A stretch of DNA of 17,987 nt from an uncultured bacterium (GCA_965369865.1 CBDURU010000076.1:1-17987); one strand, 5' to 3'; shown: positions 1 to 9,464, counted from the stretch's first letter. Program-made: numbers and translations. Notes: generated from the letters alone by a model not told the origin.

Positions 1-49
1 CAGCAATGCCCGATTAGTATTGCAGTTGAAACCTTAAGTTAGTGCCATT

Positions 50-132
50 GGGGACTGGCTCACAAATTTACCGGCTATGTTATAGGTCAATCCTTTGTTT
101 GTGTAGCCCGGTAAATTTGAGTGCCTGTCCCC
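50..132. repeat. MITE/REP-like imperfect inverted repeat with GGGGAC...GTCCCC ends
   Basis: Left arm GGGGACTGGCTCACAAATTTACCGGCTA matches the reverse complement of the right arm (GGGGACAGGCACTCAAATTTACCGGGCTA) with 3 mismatches and 1 gap. It lies just past the stop of the 146..1018 gene. Confidence 0.75.
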
Positions 133-145
133 GATGTTGAATCCA

Positions 146-1018
146 TCATGCCCTTCTAATCTGTAAAATCCTGAATAGAATTCCCCATATCAAAACAGCC
201 TGGAAAACCAGATTGACCAGGAAAAACCCAAACGAAATATCCCCGACAGGAGTATCGATCGATCCCTGATCAAGGCCGAAAATGAAAAACAGATCAGGTA
301 ATGCAAGGAACAAAAATTGCGTAAAGAGCCATGTGAGCGGTCCTTCATCAGTAAATAAATCATAATAACCTGCGATTGGAAAGATCACGCTAGTGAACAG
401 GATAATCACAGGCAGGAATGCCCCGACCACAGCCCCGATGGGTTTCCGAATCAGCAGGACACCGATATAACCAAGTCCCGCGAGCGAAAAGCCGACAGCC
501 ATCAACCCCAAAAAAGTCAGCAACCAGTACAGAAAAGGAATTTCACCGCGGCTGGTAAAGAACATGTCAGGGAGATTCAGGACCACCACGATCTCGATAA
601 ACATCAGAATGGTGAACGGGATAACTGACGCGAACAGGGAGATCCTGAACATCCCGACAAGAATCTCCCATGAGGACACCGGGGTCACCCTGAGAGAATC
701 GAAGCGCAGGGGGTATAAATCGCTAAGAGATATAAGCGCGGGAATTGTAGGTAGCTGAAACCTCCCAATCAGAAGCATTACAATATTGACAACCATCCAT
801 GTCCCGATTAAATATTGGTGCCTGCTACTGTAAGAATCCTCACCGATAGACCTTAAAAATATAAAGAATAACAGCATACTGGCAATGCAGAGAAAGAAAA
901 GAAAATAGAGTTTTTTACGATGTCGACCGCCGACACTTCTCCGCCACCATTTGAACAGGAGGCATTCCCCGCCGTTTTGCGGGATGTTATTGATTAGCCT
1001 GTCAAAAAATTCGAACAT
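146..1018 (-). CDS. Polytopic membrane protein, ABC-2/permease-like
   Basis: 290 aa ORF with about 6 hydrophobic segments. The loop 'FDSLRVTPVSSWEILVG' resembles the 'L..TP.S..EI..GK' loop of ABC-2-type permeases. No ATPase partner is seen in the window. Confidence 0.65.
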   Translation of the reverse strand: MFEFFDRLINNIPQNGGECLLFKWWRRSVGGRHRKKLYFLFFLCIASMLLFFIFLRSIGEDSYSSRHQYLIGTWMVVNIVMLLIGRFQLPTIPALISLSDLYPLRFDSLRVTPVSSWEILVGMFRISLFASVIPFTILMFIEIVVVLNLPDMFFTSRGEIPFLYWLLTFLGLMAVGFSLAGLGYIGVLLIRKPIGAVVGAFLPVIILFTSVIFPIAGYYDLFTDEGPLTWLFTQFLFLALPDLFFIFGLDQGSIDTPVGDISFGFFLVNLVFQAVLIWGILFRILQIRRA

Positions 1019-1041
1019 TGATTTTTGGAAGATCTAAACTG

Positions 1042-2367
1042 TTACCGTATTGTATCAAGTTTTGGGTTGTGCACCACTTCAATTCCGGTTGTCGGGATTT
1101 CCGATATTTCGGTTCCCGGGAAATACTGCTGGAGTATGAATTCGTATCCCTGGGTGTTCGACGCTCTCTGGTACGTTCCCCACTGGTTTAAACCGACCCC
1201 ATGTCCCTTACCCGAGCCGGTGAACCTGTATCCATCATCGTAAAGAGTGATGATGAATTGGTTTGATGGCGCGAAATCCTCTTCAATTCTACGGTTCAGA
1301 ACACTGATAAATGTCATCGCGTCAACAACCGGATTTTTCTCACCGAGGATATCGACAGTCTGCACTCGTCCGTTCTCGCTCTTTCCAAGGACAGTAATGC
1401 TCGAAAGGTAATCCCCGACAAAGGTCTCCCCGTCACAGTTCAACGCTTCCCTTAGTTCCTCGAAAGTGGCGCTGTTCGACCATTCGTTGTAATGGCCGCC
1501 ATCGGAAAAATCCATTACACCCATAATTTCCGATGTTCCCGCAAGGTACGGGATATCGCCTGAATGCGGCCAGATATCAAGATTGCCGGCGGTCTGTCCA
1601 CTTGTTTCGCTGTGAAAAACAACGACCGCGAGACGGTTTTCGAACGTGATGATTTTGTTTACCGTATCGAGAACAACCTCAGTGGTCTCAGGTGATTCGA
1701 CTGAAACTCCCCCATATCGCTGGCTTCGATCATCATCGGAAAGGTCAAATCCCCGACCGTCATAGCGGTTGATATTGAAAATCGCGTAGGTCCTGGAGAC
1801 CAGCGCCTGGGTCAGCAAAGCTTCCTCCGGCCAGGACGGGTCCATCTCGGCTGGAACTACACCAAGCAGGTAATCCTCCAAGGGAAGTGTATTAACCGCG
1901 AGCACATTTTCCCCTTCAAGAATCAACGTCAAAGTTCCGCGATACGGACGCATAGACTTTTTGCCGGGCCCTACCAAAAGGTGGCCGCCAATATTGGCAT
2001 CGGCCACCTCGATCCGCACCTTTTTTATATCAAGTTCGCTGGATTCATCCTCTCCGGGCGGTGTAAATTCGAGAGTGTCCTCTTCGCCCGTAAATTTCAG
2101 AATTTCCCCGGAAAATGCCTCTTCAAATGAGTCGATTGATTCACCCAGGAAACATTTAAATGATCCAATGGTCGAGGAAATATAGAGATGTTTCTGCGGG
2201 GTGAAAGAAAGAAGCCCGATTCGGACTACAGCGTTCCTGTCAACGATTGTAATAACGTCCTCTTCGGGCGCTCCGGGGACCGCGGGATTCGATTCCTTGG
2301 AGCACGCGGAAAAAGCGATAAGGACTGATAATATTGAAAGAATTATACCTGTAGAACCTTTAAACAT
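1042..2367 (-). CDS. SpoIID/LytB domain lipoprotein (peptidoglycan lytic transglycosylase family)
   Basis: Lipobox-like FSAC after a hydrophobic signal. SpoIID motifs: YRGTL, VNTLPLEDYLLGVVPAEM (catalytic Glu), EAL..QA..SRTYA, SQRYGG, FHS..SGQT, G.GHGVGLNQWG, IL.QYFPG. Confidence 0.92.
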   Translation of the reverse strand: MFKGSTGIILSILSVLIAFSACSKESNPAVPGAPEEDVITIVDRNAVVRIGLLSFTPQKHLYISSTIGSFKCFLGESIDSFEEAFSGEILKFTGEEDTLEFTPPGEDESSELDIKKVRIEVADANIGGHLLVGPGKKSMRPYRGTLTLILEGENVLAVNTLPLEDYLLGVVPAEMDPSWPEEALLTQALVSRTYAIFNINRYDGRGFDLSDDDRSQRYGGVSVESPETTEVVLDTVNKIITFENRLAVVVFHSETSGQTAGNLDIWPHSGDIPYLAGTSEIMGVMDFSDGGHYNEWSNSATFEELREALNCDGETFVGDYLSSITVLGKSENGRVQTVDILGEKNPVVDAMTFISVLNRRIEEDFAPSNQFIITLYDDGYRFTGSGKGHGVGLNQWGTYQRASNTQGYEFILQQYFPGTEISEIPTTGIEVVHNPKLDTIR

Positions 2368-2374
2368 AATTTTG

Positions 2375-2684
2375 ATTACTTCCCCCCCTGTAATCCCCCC
2401 TGCGGGGGGATGGCGTATTCAATCTGAAAAAAATCAATTACTTCCCCCCCCTGTAATCCCCCTTGCGGGGGGACGGTGTGTTCAATCTGAAAAAAATCAA
2501 TTACTTCCCCCCCCTGTAATCCCCCCTGCGGGGGGATGGTTTTTTGTTCTATTCAACATTGGTGTGTATATTAACCTCTAAAGACCCCCCCTGTAATCCC
2601 CCCTGCGGGGGGATGGTGTATTCAATCTGAAAAAAATCAATTACTTCCCCCCCTGTAATCCCCCCTGCGGGGGGATGGTGTATT
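2375..2684. repeat. Five-copy tandem array of a hairpin-containing unit (period 62-63 bp)
   Basis: The core C7-8TGTAATCCCCCC-TGC-GGGGGGATGG begins at 2382, 2444, 2507, 2585 and 2647. Three linkers are near-identical (TGTATTCAATCTGAAAAAAATCAATTACTT). The linker at about 2541-2584 is unrelated. Confidence 0.95.
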
Positions 2685-2709
2685 ATCTAACCACATTTTG
2701 GAGACAGTT

Positions 2710-3516
2710 TTAAGGGACCTCCGGTTCAGCATTGGCATGTCCCGAATTAATGTCGCGATCGGGTTTGTTTTCGGGACGGGATTCGATCGAGCGGACATGT
2801 CTTGCGGCGGTCGCGGTTTTAAGGTTCGACTGCATGAAGCCCTGAATAAGAATGGTCAGGATATCTTCAGCCTTATCCCAGGCCTCCCGATCGTATGATT
2901 TAGCCGGGATTTTGCCATCCCTGATTGAATCGAGGATGTAAAGAACTTCCATACTGACCGGGTGGTAAATATGTTTTTCATCCGCGCATTTATCGCATAG
3001 GAATCCGGAACCCCTGATTTCGAGATGCACATTGCCTTTCACCTTTCCCGACCCGCAGCTTGCGCATCCTGTAAGGTCCGGAAACACTCCCATATGGTTG
3101 AGAATATCCGCCTTGAATTGAATGACAGCGTTTTTTTCCCCTTCACATATGCTCTTAATCGCCCCGATGAGTAAACCGTATAAATCCGGATCGGGGAACC
3201 TCTCGACCGTAATTTTATTCGCGATTTCGGCAACGTGGCCCGCAAGCTGGAGATCTTTCCACGATTCCCGTAGTTTCAGATTGGGATCGATTATCTCCGC
3301 CGATCGGACAATATCGAGCGATTTTCCCTCTGCCATTTCAAATCTCGCCACCACAAATGGTTCTGAAGCGCCTCTGAGACGGCTTTTTGGCTTGCGCGCG
3401 CTTTTCGCGATAGCTGAGATTTTCCCTTTATCGATCGTGAAAAGAGTTACCAGTCGATCCGCTTCGCCATAGCGGCGGGCATGTATGACAATCGCGTCTG
3501 TAACATATACGGGCAC
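2710..3516 (-). CDS. recO: DNA repair protein RecO
   Basis: N-terminal OB-fold signature 'DAIVIHARRYGEADRLVTLFT..KGKISAIAKSARKPKSRL'. C-terminal Zn finger CASC...CDKC. GTG start. Confidence 0.96.
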   Translation of the reverse strand: MPVYVTDAIVIHARRYGEADRLVTLFTIDKGKISAIAKSARKPKSRLRGASEPFVVARFEMAEGKSLDIVRSAEIIDPNLKLRESWKDLQLAGHVAEIANKITVERFPDPDLYGLLIGAIKSICEGEKNAVIQFKADILNHMGVFPDLTGCASCGSGKVKGNVHLEIRGSGFLCDKCADEKHIYHPVSMEVLYILDSIRDGKIPAKSYDREAWDKAEDILTILIQGFMQSNLKTATAARHVRSIESRPENKPDRDINSGHANAEPEVP

Positions 3517-3522
3517 GGGATT

Positions 3523-3528
3523 ATTATA
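3523..3528 (-). promoter_or_regulatory. Consensus -10 box (TATAAT) 6 nt upstream of the recO GTG, possible leaderless promoter
   Basis: The minus strand reads GGTATAATAATCCC-GTG, with no Shine-Dalgarno between the box and the start codon. Confidence 0.5.
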
Positions 3529-3622
3529 CCTTAGCGACGTTGATTTCCCGCTTCTCGATGCGGAGGATTTTACCTTTTCCTTCCATTACCCGGAATTCCG
3601 GAATCCATGGAAAAAAATAATC

Positions 3623-4549
3623 TCAGGTTGATTCAGCAAAATACCATAAATCTCTGCGGGAAAGGTCTTCTCGATCCCTGCCCCTGAATTCCTCCGCAAG
3701 CTTGAATCCCCTTTCAATTACGGCCAGGGAGTTTTTATCAAGAACAGAAGAACTGTCTTTTAAATTTAAAGGGCTCTCGTTGAAGAGTCTAATATAATCT
3801 GAATCGAACAGGCGATTACAGTACGCAAACCGATTACCCCCAGGTTTCCTCCATTGATCGTTCGTGAATTGAAGGAAATTTACCGGGGAGATATTTTTAT
3901 CGCCGTGCGCGAAATGGTCGGTAGGGTCGACCACATGAATCGCCGCACCATCCGGTTTGAGTATCCGGTCAGCCTCAATCAGGATGTCCGCAAGAATATT
4001 TTCAGGGATATGCTCGAAGACACTGGTTGACACATGGAAATCGATCGTACTATCCGCGATGTTCGTTCTCGCGGCATCTCCCGGTGCCGTATATATAATC
4101 CCGGCTTCCCGCATGAACCTTTCTGGTCGCCCAACATGATCTTTTACGAGTTTGATTTTAGACACCAGTTGATTCTCAGAGCTGAAATCAGAATATAATT
4201 TTGACAATGATTCCCCGTTCGCGCTTATCCACCTGAGCACTGCGGAAACCTTCTCCATTGTTAAGTTTCTGTACAGATCATAAGAATGAATTTCCCCCGA
4301 ATTGCAGAACCAGAAACCGACAGGGATAAGGGGTATATATCCCGTACCGACTTCAAATACAGTCGCTCCTTCAATTTTTTTCCCGTGGTCAATGAGGAAC
4401 CTTGCTATCCTGGCCTGTTGTCTGAACCGATCCAGATAATTGTAATTTCTGAACCCGCCAAATGAGCTTTGGAGCAGGAAGTACAGTTTGTGACCTCCGG
4501 GGATCGATGCGCAAATCCTCTGAATAAATGATTTAAGTTGCCAGTTCAT
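3623..4549 (-). CDS. Class I SAM-dependent methyltransferase
   Basis: Motif I VFEVGTG, acidic YD after strand 2, and 'DFHVSTSVFEHI...RILKPDG...H.VD..DH'. Start taken at MNWQLK (4549); the ORF track extends to 4576. Confidence 0.85.
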   Translation of the reverse strand: MNWQLKSFIQRICASIPGGHKLYFLLQSSFGGFRNYNYLDRFRQQARIARFLIDHGKKIEGATVFEVGTGYIPLIPVGFWFCNSGEIHSYDLYRNLTMEKVSAVLRWISANGESLSKLYSDFSSENQLVSKIKLVKDHVGRPERFMREAGIIYTAPGDAARTNIADSTIDFHVSTSVFEHIPENILADILIEADRILKPDGAAIHVVDPTDHFAHGDKNISPVNFLQFTNDQWRKPGGNRFAYCNRLFDSDYIRLFNESPLNLKDSSSVLDKNSLAVIERGFKLAEEFRGRDREDLSRRDLWYFAEST

Positions 4550-4689
4550 TTTTACGAGATAGGGACATAAAACCATAAAATTCGTACTGAAACAAAGGCT
4601 GGTGAGTTACTTTTGGATGATAAACGCTGGAATTTGGGATCGTCGTTCGTCCACAAGCTCCGGCTGAGCCGTGTTAGATGGAACCTTAG

Positions 4690-4745
4690 CGGCTCGGATG
4701 GAACCTCGCCCTCCCCCCTCCGGGCGCGGCAAGCAGCGCCCCTAC
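4690..4745 (-). repeat. Two adjacent REP-like palindromes (GGAG-tagged and GTAG-tagged)
   Basis: The minus strand reads GTAGGGGCGCTGCTTGCCGCGCCC (4745-4722), then GGGAGGGCGAGGTTCCATCCGAGCCG (4715-4690). The GTAG unit recurs at 14305-14329. Confidence 0.7.
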
Positions 4746-4885
4746 AATATAAAAAACATGACAAATAAAAAACATATTTTCACCATGCGCAGTTTAGTAT
4801 TCCCCGGTTGTTATTGATCTTCTTCCAGGTCGGGAGAGTCGTATGATTAATGAAATGTGTTATCGTAATAATGTCGGAAGAATAA

Positions 4886-5476
4886 ATGAGCATCGTCGAT
4901 AACAATCTGAAGAGTTTTCATGTGAAAGGGAACCTGCCGCAGTGGGCGGTATGGTGTATAGCCGTGGTATTGTTCATGGCGGCGTGGTCTGGTGTAGGCG
5001 CATGGGCACGCGCGACCGCTCTCAGGGACCTCCAGAAGTACGAGGATCAATGGGGCGACGATGGGATCCTTGAGCAACCGACCGACTATACATGCGTGCC
5101 GGCGGCAATGGTAATGCTCTTAACCGAGCAGGGTTTCAGTCCGACCCTCTATGAAATTGCTGAAATTTCAGGGACCGATATTCGAGGTACAGGGGGCAGG
5201 GGGATCATTAAAACGGGTGAATATTTCGGCTTCAACGTCACGCATGAGCGCCTTACTTTCGATGAATTCATGGAAACCGGACTTCCGGCGATCATAATCT
5301 TCCGCTACAAACGCATCAGGCACGCTGCCTATATATCACAAATTAAGGGATATGATCTCGTGCGTGTGAAGGATTCGGTCCAGGGTCTCCTTCATTTTGA
5401 AAGGGATGGAGCGGAGGATTATTTCGATAGTGAAACCTGGGATTGTTACCTTTTTGAAAGGGGTCTGGTGCATTAG
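4886..5476 (+). CDS. Membrane-anchored C39-like cysteine peptidase domain protein
   Basis: N-terminal TM helix. Q-x5-C (QPTDYTC-VPAA), then 'GTD..GT', His (RHAAYI) and Asp (VKDS) in the order of the C39 catalytic triad. Confidence 0.8.
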   Translation: MSIVDNNLKSFHVKGNLPQWAVWCIAVVLFMAAWSGVGAWARATALRDLQKYEDQWGDDGILEQPTDYTCVPAAMVMLLTEQGFSPTLYEIAEISGTDIRGTGGRGIIKTGEYFGFNVTHERLTFDEFMETGLPAIIIFRYKRIRHAAYISQIKGYDLVRVKDSVQGLLHFERDGAEDYFDSETWDCYLFERGLVH

Positions 5477-5485
5477 AGACTTTGA

Positions 5486-5535
5486 ATTCATGGGGACACC
5501 TTCAATGCTGGAAGCATGGAAAGGCGTCCCTGAAT
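5486..5535. repeat. GGGGACACC-type hairpin between convergent genes
   Basis: ATTCATGGGGACACCTTCAATGCT-GGA-AGCATGGAAAGGCGTCCCTGAAT forms an imperfect stem. It may also act as a terminator. Confidence 0.65.
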
Positions 5536-5585
5536 CTAAGATTGGTATTAATCAATATTTTACCGACCGGGAAAACAGATCTATG

Positions 5586-8219
5586 TCATCCCCCCAGGGT
5601 TTTCCGCGCGATTTCCATTTCTTCTTCTTTGGTTAATTCAAGACCGTTTATCAGTGCGGCACGAACCTCCTCGAGCGCCTTTTTGAATCCCGGACCAGGC
5701 TTATAACCGGCCTTTTTAAGGTCATTCCCGTCGATCAGCGGATGGATATTTTTATTTTCAGCCAGGTATTTAACAAGGTGTTCACGTCCGGGACCTTCAT
5801 CGCCGGTTAAAGCCGCCAGTAGAACCCAGTATGCTGTTGGAATACCTTCAAGCTTGAGCGCGATTTCGCTGGGTGTGGCGTTTATGTCATTAAGCAGATC
5901 TTGTGCTTTTCGGAACTCCGGAATGTTATTAGCCAGGGCGATGAAATTCTGGTCCAGCTTGTATTTCCTCACGAACCCGAGAGCCAGTTCGGGTTCTGAA
6001 TCAGTAAGAAGAATAGCTGCGTAGCAATGCTCAAGTTCAGGGAGCTCATCCTTGTCAAGGTAATTTATAATCCAGTCATAAGCCGGCCGGATGGGGTCCT
6101 CGTCCAGATTCAGGATATCCGGCAAATAAAGCGACTGGTACAGTATCCCCAGGATTCCCTCATCAGCCAGACGTTTTAAGAGGGGCCAAGGGTTTTTCTC
6201 CCTGAGACAATGGAGGATTTCGTCCCTTATCCTTTCAGGGCTGACATGGTCAAGACGCCCTTCCTTCAAGGCGCGCATGAGAAGCTCCCGGGTCTGGTTT
6301 TCCATTTTCATCCCGAAACGTCCCGCAAACCTAAGTGCACGTAAAATCCGAGTCGGGTCCTCGACAAAGCTGAAAGTGTGGAGGACCTTAATCGTGCCGT
6401 TCTCGATGTCCCGCATGCCTCCGAAATGGTCGATTAAAAGACCCCAGTTACGCGTGTTAAGCTGAATGGCAAGTGTGTTGATCGTGAAATCCCGCCGTAC
6501 AAGGTCGTCACGAATCCCCGCCGCCGCAACCTCGGGAAGCGCACCGGGCTGTGGATAGAATTCCTCCCGGGCAGTTGCGATATCTATGGTCAGAGTATCA
6601 TCAATTACCACCTTGGCTGTTCTAAACCTTGGATTCTCGATTACCCTGGCATCGAAGGAAGCGACAAATTCATGGGCGAAGTTAATCCCATCCCCTTCGA
6701 TAAGGAGGTCGATATCGATAGTTTCAACCTGGAGCACAAGGTCGCGGATAATTCCACCCACGAGATAGCAGGAAACGCCGATCTTATCGGCTAATTCTCC
6801 CGCCCTGGCGAGGATATCAGTGTATTGGTCGGGGAGTTTCGCAATCAGGTCCCTCCCGAATTCCCGATTGGATTTCTCTCCCTTAACGCCCCCACTCATG
6901 AATGGGGCTTTCAGGTTGTGCAAGGCGCCAAGTACATCGGTCCTCGTGACCACTCCGCTTAACTTCCCGCCGAAAACGACAGGGAGGAAACCGGCCCGTT
7001 TTTCAATAATGATATTCTGAATTTCATCAATGCTCGACTCCTCATTGATCGTAACCGGTTCCCTGGCCATGTAACCTTTCACAGGAGCGTGACCGAGTCC
7101 ATGCTGCAGGGCTTTATCAATGTCGGACCTGGTGATAACACCAACCACATGATTCTCACTATCAACTACCGGCAATCCCGAATAACCCGTATGGGTAATA
7201 ATCGTATGGGCCTCATCGATATGAATGCTCTTACCAATTGTCCGGACCTGGGTTGACATGATATCGCGAGCCATGATACTCGGCTTGACATCCTCGCGTA
7301 TTGCGTCCACTAATCGCTGAACCGCAACAGGATGAGTTGAGACTGTGAGAAGGCAACTAGCGGCCTGGGAATGTCCACCACCCCCAAAACTGGATAGGAT
7401 ACGTCCGACATTGACCGCGGGCAGACGGCTTCGGCCGACTATAAACACCCTGTCATTTATCAGGACGAGTGAGAAGATTACATCCGCGTTTTCAGCCTCC
7501 TGCACTTTACGTGTGAGAAATGCTATCTCGTCGACAAAATCAGTTGCGGTACCCAGTGTAATAGCGATCGGGATTCCCCTGATATCGATCACCTGTACGT
7601 TCAGACTCAAATCAGTCAGGAGGTCCTTCTGCTTGCGGTTTAGCTTTATACCCATGAAACGATCGACAATCTTGAGGGAAGCACCTTGTTTTAAAAGCCA
7701 CGATGCAGCATCGAGGTCATGAGGGGTAGTCGAAGGAAACCTGAGGCTTCCGGTATCCTCGTATATCCCAAGAAGTAGTAGAGTCGCTTCAGCCAGAGAA
7801 GGCGATATTCCGCGTTTCGCGAGTTCCTGGATAAGGAGAGTAACGTTTGCACCGACCTGGTTGTAATGCATCCGGTCGATTTTAAATTCGGGACCCTTCT
7901 TTCTATGGTGGTCCCAGACTTCAACATGCACATTTTCCCTGTCCAGTAAACCTTCGATTCTCCCAAGCTGGGTTCGGGACGAGCAATCGACCACCGTAAG
8001 ATGCTCCACAGCGGAAATATCAATTTCCCTCAGTTTCGACATAGGGAATTCACTGCGGTAGAGCGCAAGGAATTCGCGTACGTTTGAGTCGGTTCTGGCA
8101 ATCAGTACGACAGGGGTATCCGGGTCGAGCAGGTGCGCGGCCCACATGCTGGCAAGTGAGTCAAAATCCGTACCCGGATGTGATATGATAATTTTCGAGT
8201 ATTTTTTTTTCTGGGCCAC
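5586..8219 (-). CDS. cca: tRNA nucleotidyltransferase (CCA- or A-adding) with DHH, DHHA1 and 2 CBS domains
   Basis: DHH motifs H..TDFD, DHH, GIYEDTG and GGGGHSQAAS, followed by a CBS pair. Class II NTase motifs VGGIIRD...DIDL, RRDFTIN, EDPTRILRALRF and SPERIRDE. Confidence 0.9.
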   Translation of the reverse strand: MAQKKKYSKIIISHPGTDFDSLASMWAAHLLDPDTPVVLIARTDSNVREFLALYRSEFPMSKLREIDISAVEHLTVVDCSSRTQLGRIEGLLDRENVHVEVWDHHRKKGPEFKIDRMHYNQVGANVTLLIQELAKRGISPSLAEATLLLLGIYEDTGSLRFPSTTPHDLDAASWLLKQGASLKIVDRFMGIKLNRKQKDLLTDLSLNVQVIDIRGIPIAITLGTATDFVDEIAFLTRKVQEAENADVIFSLVLINDRVFIVGRSRLPAVNVGRILSSFGGGGHSQAASCLLTVSTHPVAVQRLVDAIREDVKPSIMARDIMSTQVRTIGKSIHIDEAHTIITHTGYSGLPVVDSENHVVGVITRSDIDKALQHGLGHAPVKGYMAREPVTINEESSIDEIQNIIIEKRAGFLPVVFGGKLSGVVTRTDVLGALHNLKAPFMSGGVKGEKSNREFGRDLIAKLPDQYTDILARAGELADKIGVSCYLVGGIIRDLVLQVETIDIDLLIEGDGINFAHEFVASFDARVIENPRFRTAKVVIDDTLTIDIATAREEFYPQPGALPEVAAAGIRDDLVRRDFTINTLAIQLNTRNWGLLIDHFGGMRDIENGTIKVLHTFSFVEDPTRILRALRFAGRFGMKMENQTRELLMRALKEGRLDHVSPERIRDEILHCLREKNPWPLLKRLADEGILGILYQSLYLPDILNLDEDPIRPAYDWIINYLDKDELPELEHCYAAILLTDSEPELALGFVRKYKLDQNFIALANNIPEFRKAQDLLNDINATPSEIALKLEGIPTAYWVLLAALTGDEGPGREHLVKYLAENKNIHPLIDGNDLKKAGYKPGPGFKKALEEVRAALINGLELTKEEEMEIARKTLGG

Positions 8220-8384
8220 GGTTTTCCCGGATCATAATTTTATCGAAGGTTGCGGTGCTTATCTTCAATTTACTTTCATTTCTATATTATTATCTTACAT
8301 ATCTGGTTACAAGGGTCAACGAATCCAGATAAACATTACTTTTTTATATTATTAACCAATGCGGTAAAAACAGTGAGCATTGCC

Positions 8385-9317
8385 ATGACCTTGAACGAAA
8401 ACAAACCCATTTGCGTGATCGGAAGTATTGTTTATGACCTCGTCATGCCCCTTAAGCACCTGCCATCGGTGGGAGAGACCGTGCCTGGTGCCGGTTTCAA
8501 CACATTCATTGGAGGGAAAGGGCTTAACCAGGCGATTCAAATCCAGCGTCTCGATCACCCTCTCAAATTTTTCGGGCGAATCGGGCAGGATAAATACGGA
8601 GCCGAGGTGATTGAGGAACTCGAAAGGCAGAATTTTCCGACCGTTGGAATCAGGGTCGTTCCCGGTGAGCATACTGCAATAGGGATGATTTTTGTCGCGC
8701 CCGACGGACGTAACATGATCGGTGGATATCGTGCTGCAAATATCAATTTCCCGCTAAGCGAGATCGACGAAACTATTCGATCCGCGATTAAGGAATCCTC
8801 TTTAGTTTCCTTGCAGCTCGAAACCCCGGACGATGTTGTTCTGGCGTGCCTGACTATTGCTAAAGACGCTGGCGTAGCAACAATTCTCAACGCGGCACCA
8901 TACCGTCCGTTACCCGGTCCATTCCAGGATATGGTCGATTACTGGTCGGTGAACGAGATAGAAGCGGGTCAATTTTTCGGGTGCGATATTAAAACCGCCG
9001 AAGACTGCCTGCCGATTACCGAACATAAACCCGTAATCGATGGTTCGCAGGTATGGGTGGTGACGCTTGGAAGCCTTGGAGCGGCGGTAATCGATTCAAA
9101 CGGTTTGTATCCTGTGCCGGGGATAAAAGTTAACGCGATTGATTCGACCGGGGCAGGGGACAGTTTCACCGGGGGATTTGGAGTCGGGATCGCGGAAGGG
9201 ATGGATCCTAGGGAAGCGGCTGAATTTGCTAACAGGGTCGCGTCGCAAAGTGTCACAAAAATGGGCGGTATAAATGGTCTGCCAACGAGGGAGGAGATTG
9301 AGGCAAGGGTGGATTAG
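8385..9317 (+). CDS. rbsK: Ribokinase (PfkB family)
   Basis: GS..YDLV, GGKGLNQA, G.IG.D.YG, LQLET, LNAAP, VNEIE, VTLGSLGA and anion hole DSTGAGDSFTG. Start placed at ATG 8385 because the upstream extension in the ORF track is AT-rich intergenic DNA. Confidence 0.88.
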   Translation: MTLNENKPICVIGSIVYDLVMPLKHLPSVGETVPGAGFNTFIGGKGLNQAIQIQRLDHPLKFFGRIGQDKYGAEVIEELERQNFPTVGIRVVPGEHTAIGMIFVAPDGRNMIGGYRAANINFPLSEIDETIRSAIKESSLVSLQLETPDDVVLACLTIAKDAGVATILNAAPYRPLPGPFQDMVDYWSVNEIEAGQFFGCDIKTAEDCLPITEHKPVIDGSQVWVVTLGSLGAAVIDSNGLYPVPGIKVNAIDSTGAGDSFTGGFGVGIAEGMDPREAAEFANRVASQSVTKMGGINGLPTREEIEARVD

Positions 9318-9435
9318 GAAATGGCAATTCACTATTTCGAACCCGATATAGAACCACCTGAATTTTACTGTTCAGCCCAAGTGTTCTGAATTGTGTAGCT
9401 GGAATTATATAAACCTCTTTTAACTCCTGCGCAAA

Positions 9436-9464
9436 TTGTAAATTACTCATCATTGTGCTAGCAT
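9436..9464 (+). promoter_or_regulatory. Sigma70-type promoter of the SLH-porin gene
   Basis: TTGTAA (9436-9441), 17 bp spacer, TAGCAT (9459-9464) preceded by an extended TGn. AGGAG RBS at 9506-9510. Confidence 0.55.

Noticed and set aside
1042..2367. Evidence of sporulation from SpoIID
   Set aside because: SpoIID/LytB domains are widespread in non-sporulating diderms, and no other sporulation gene is present.
2201..2581. 126-aa plus-strand ORF with PPPVIPPAGG repeats
   Set aside because: It is antisense to spoIID and simply reads through the DNA repeat array.
2375..2684. CRISPR array
   Set aside because: Three of four spacers are near-identical, the repeat is homopolymer-rich, and no cas gene is in the window.
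8250..8384. 45-aa N-terminal extension of ribokinase
   Set aside because: This is AT-rich divergent promoter DNA, and PfkB homology starts after MTLNENK.
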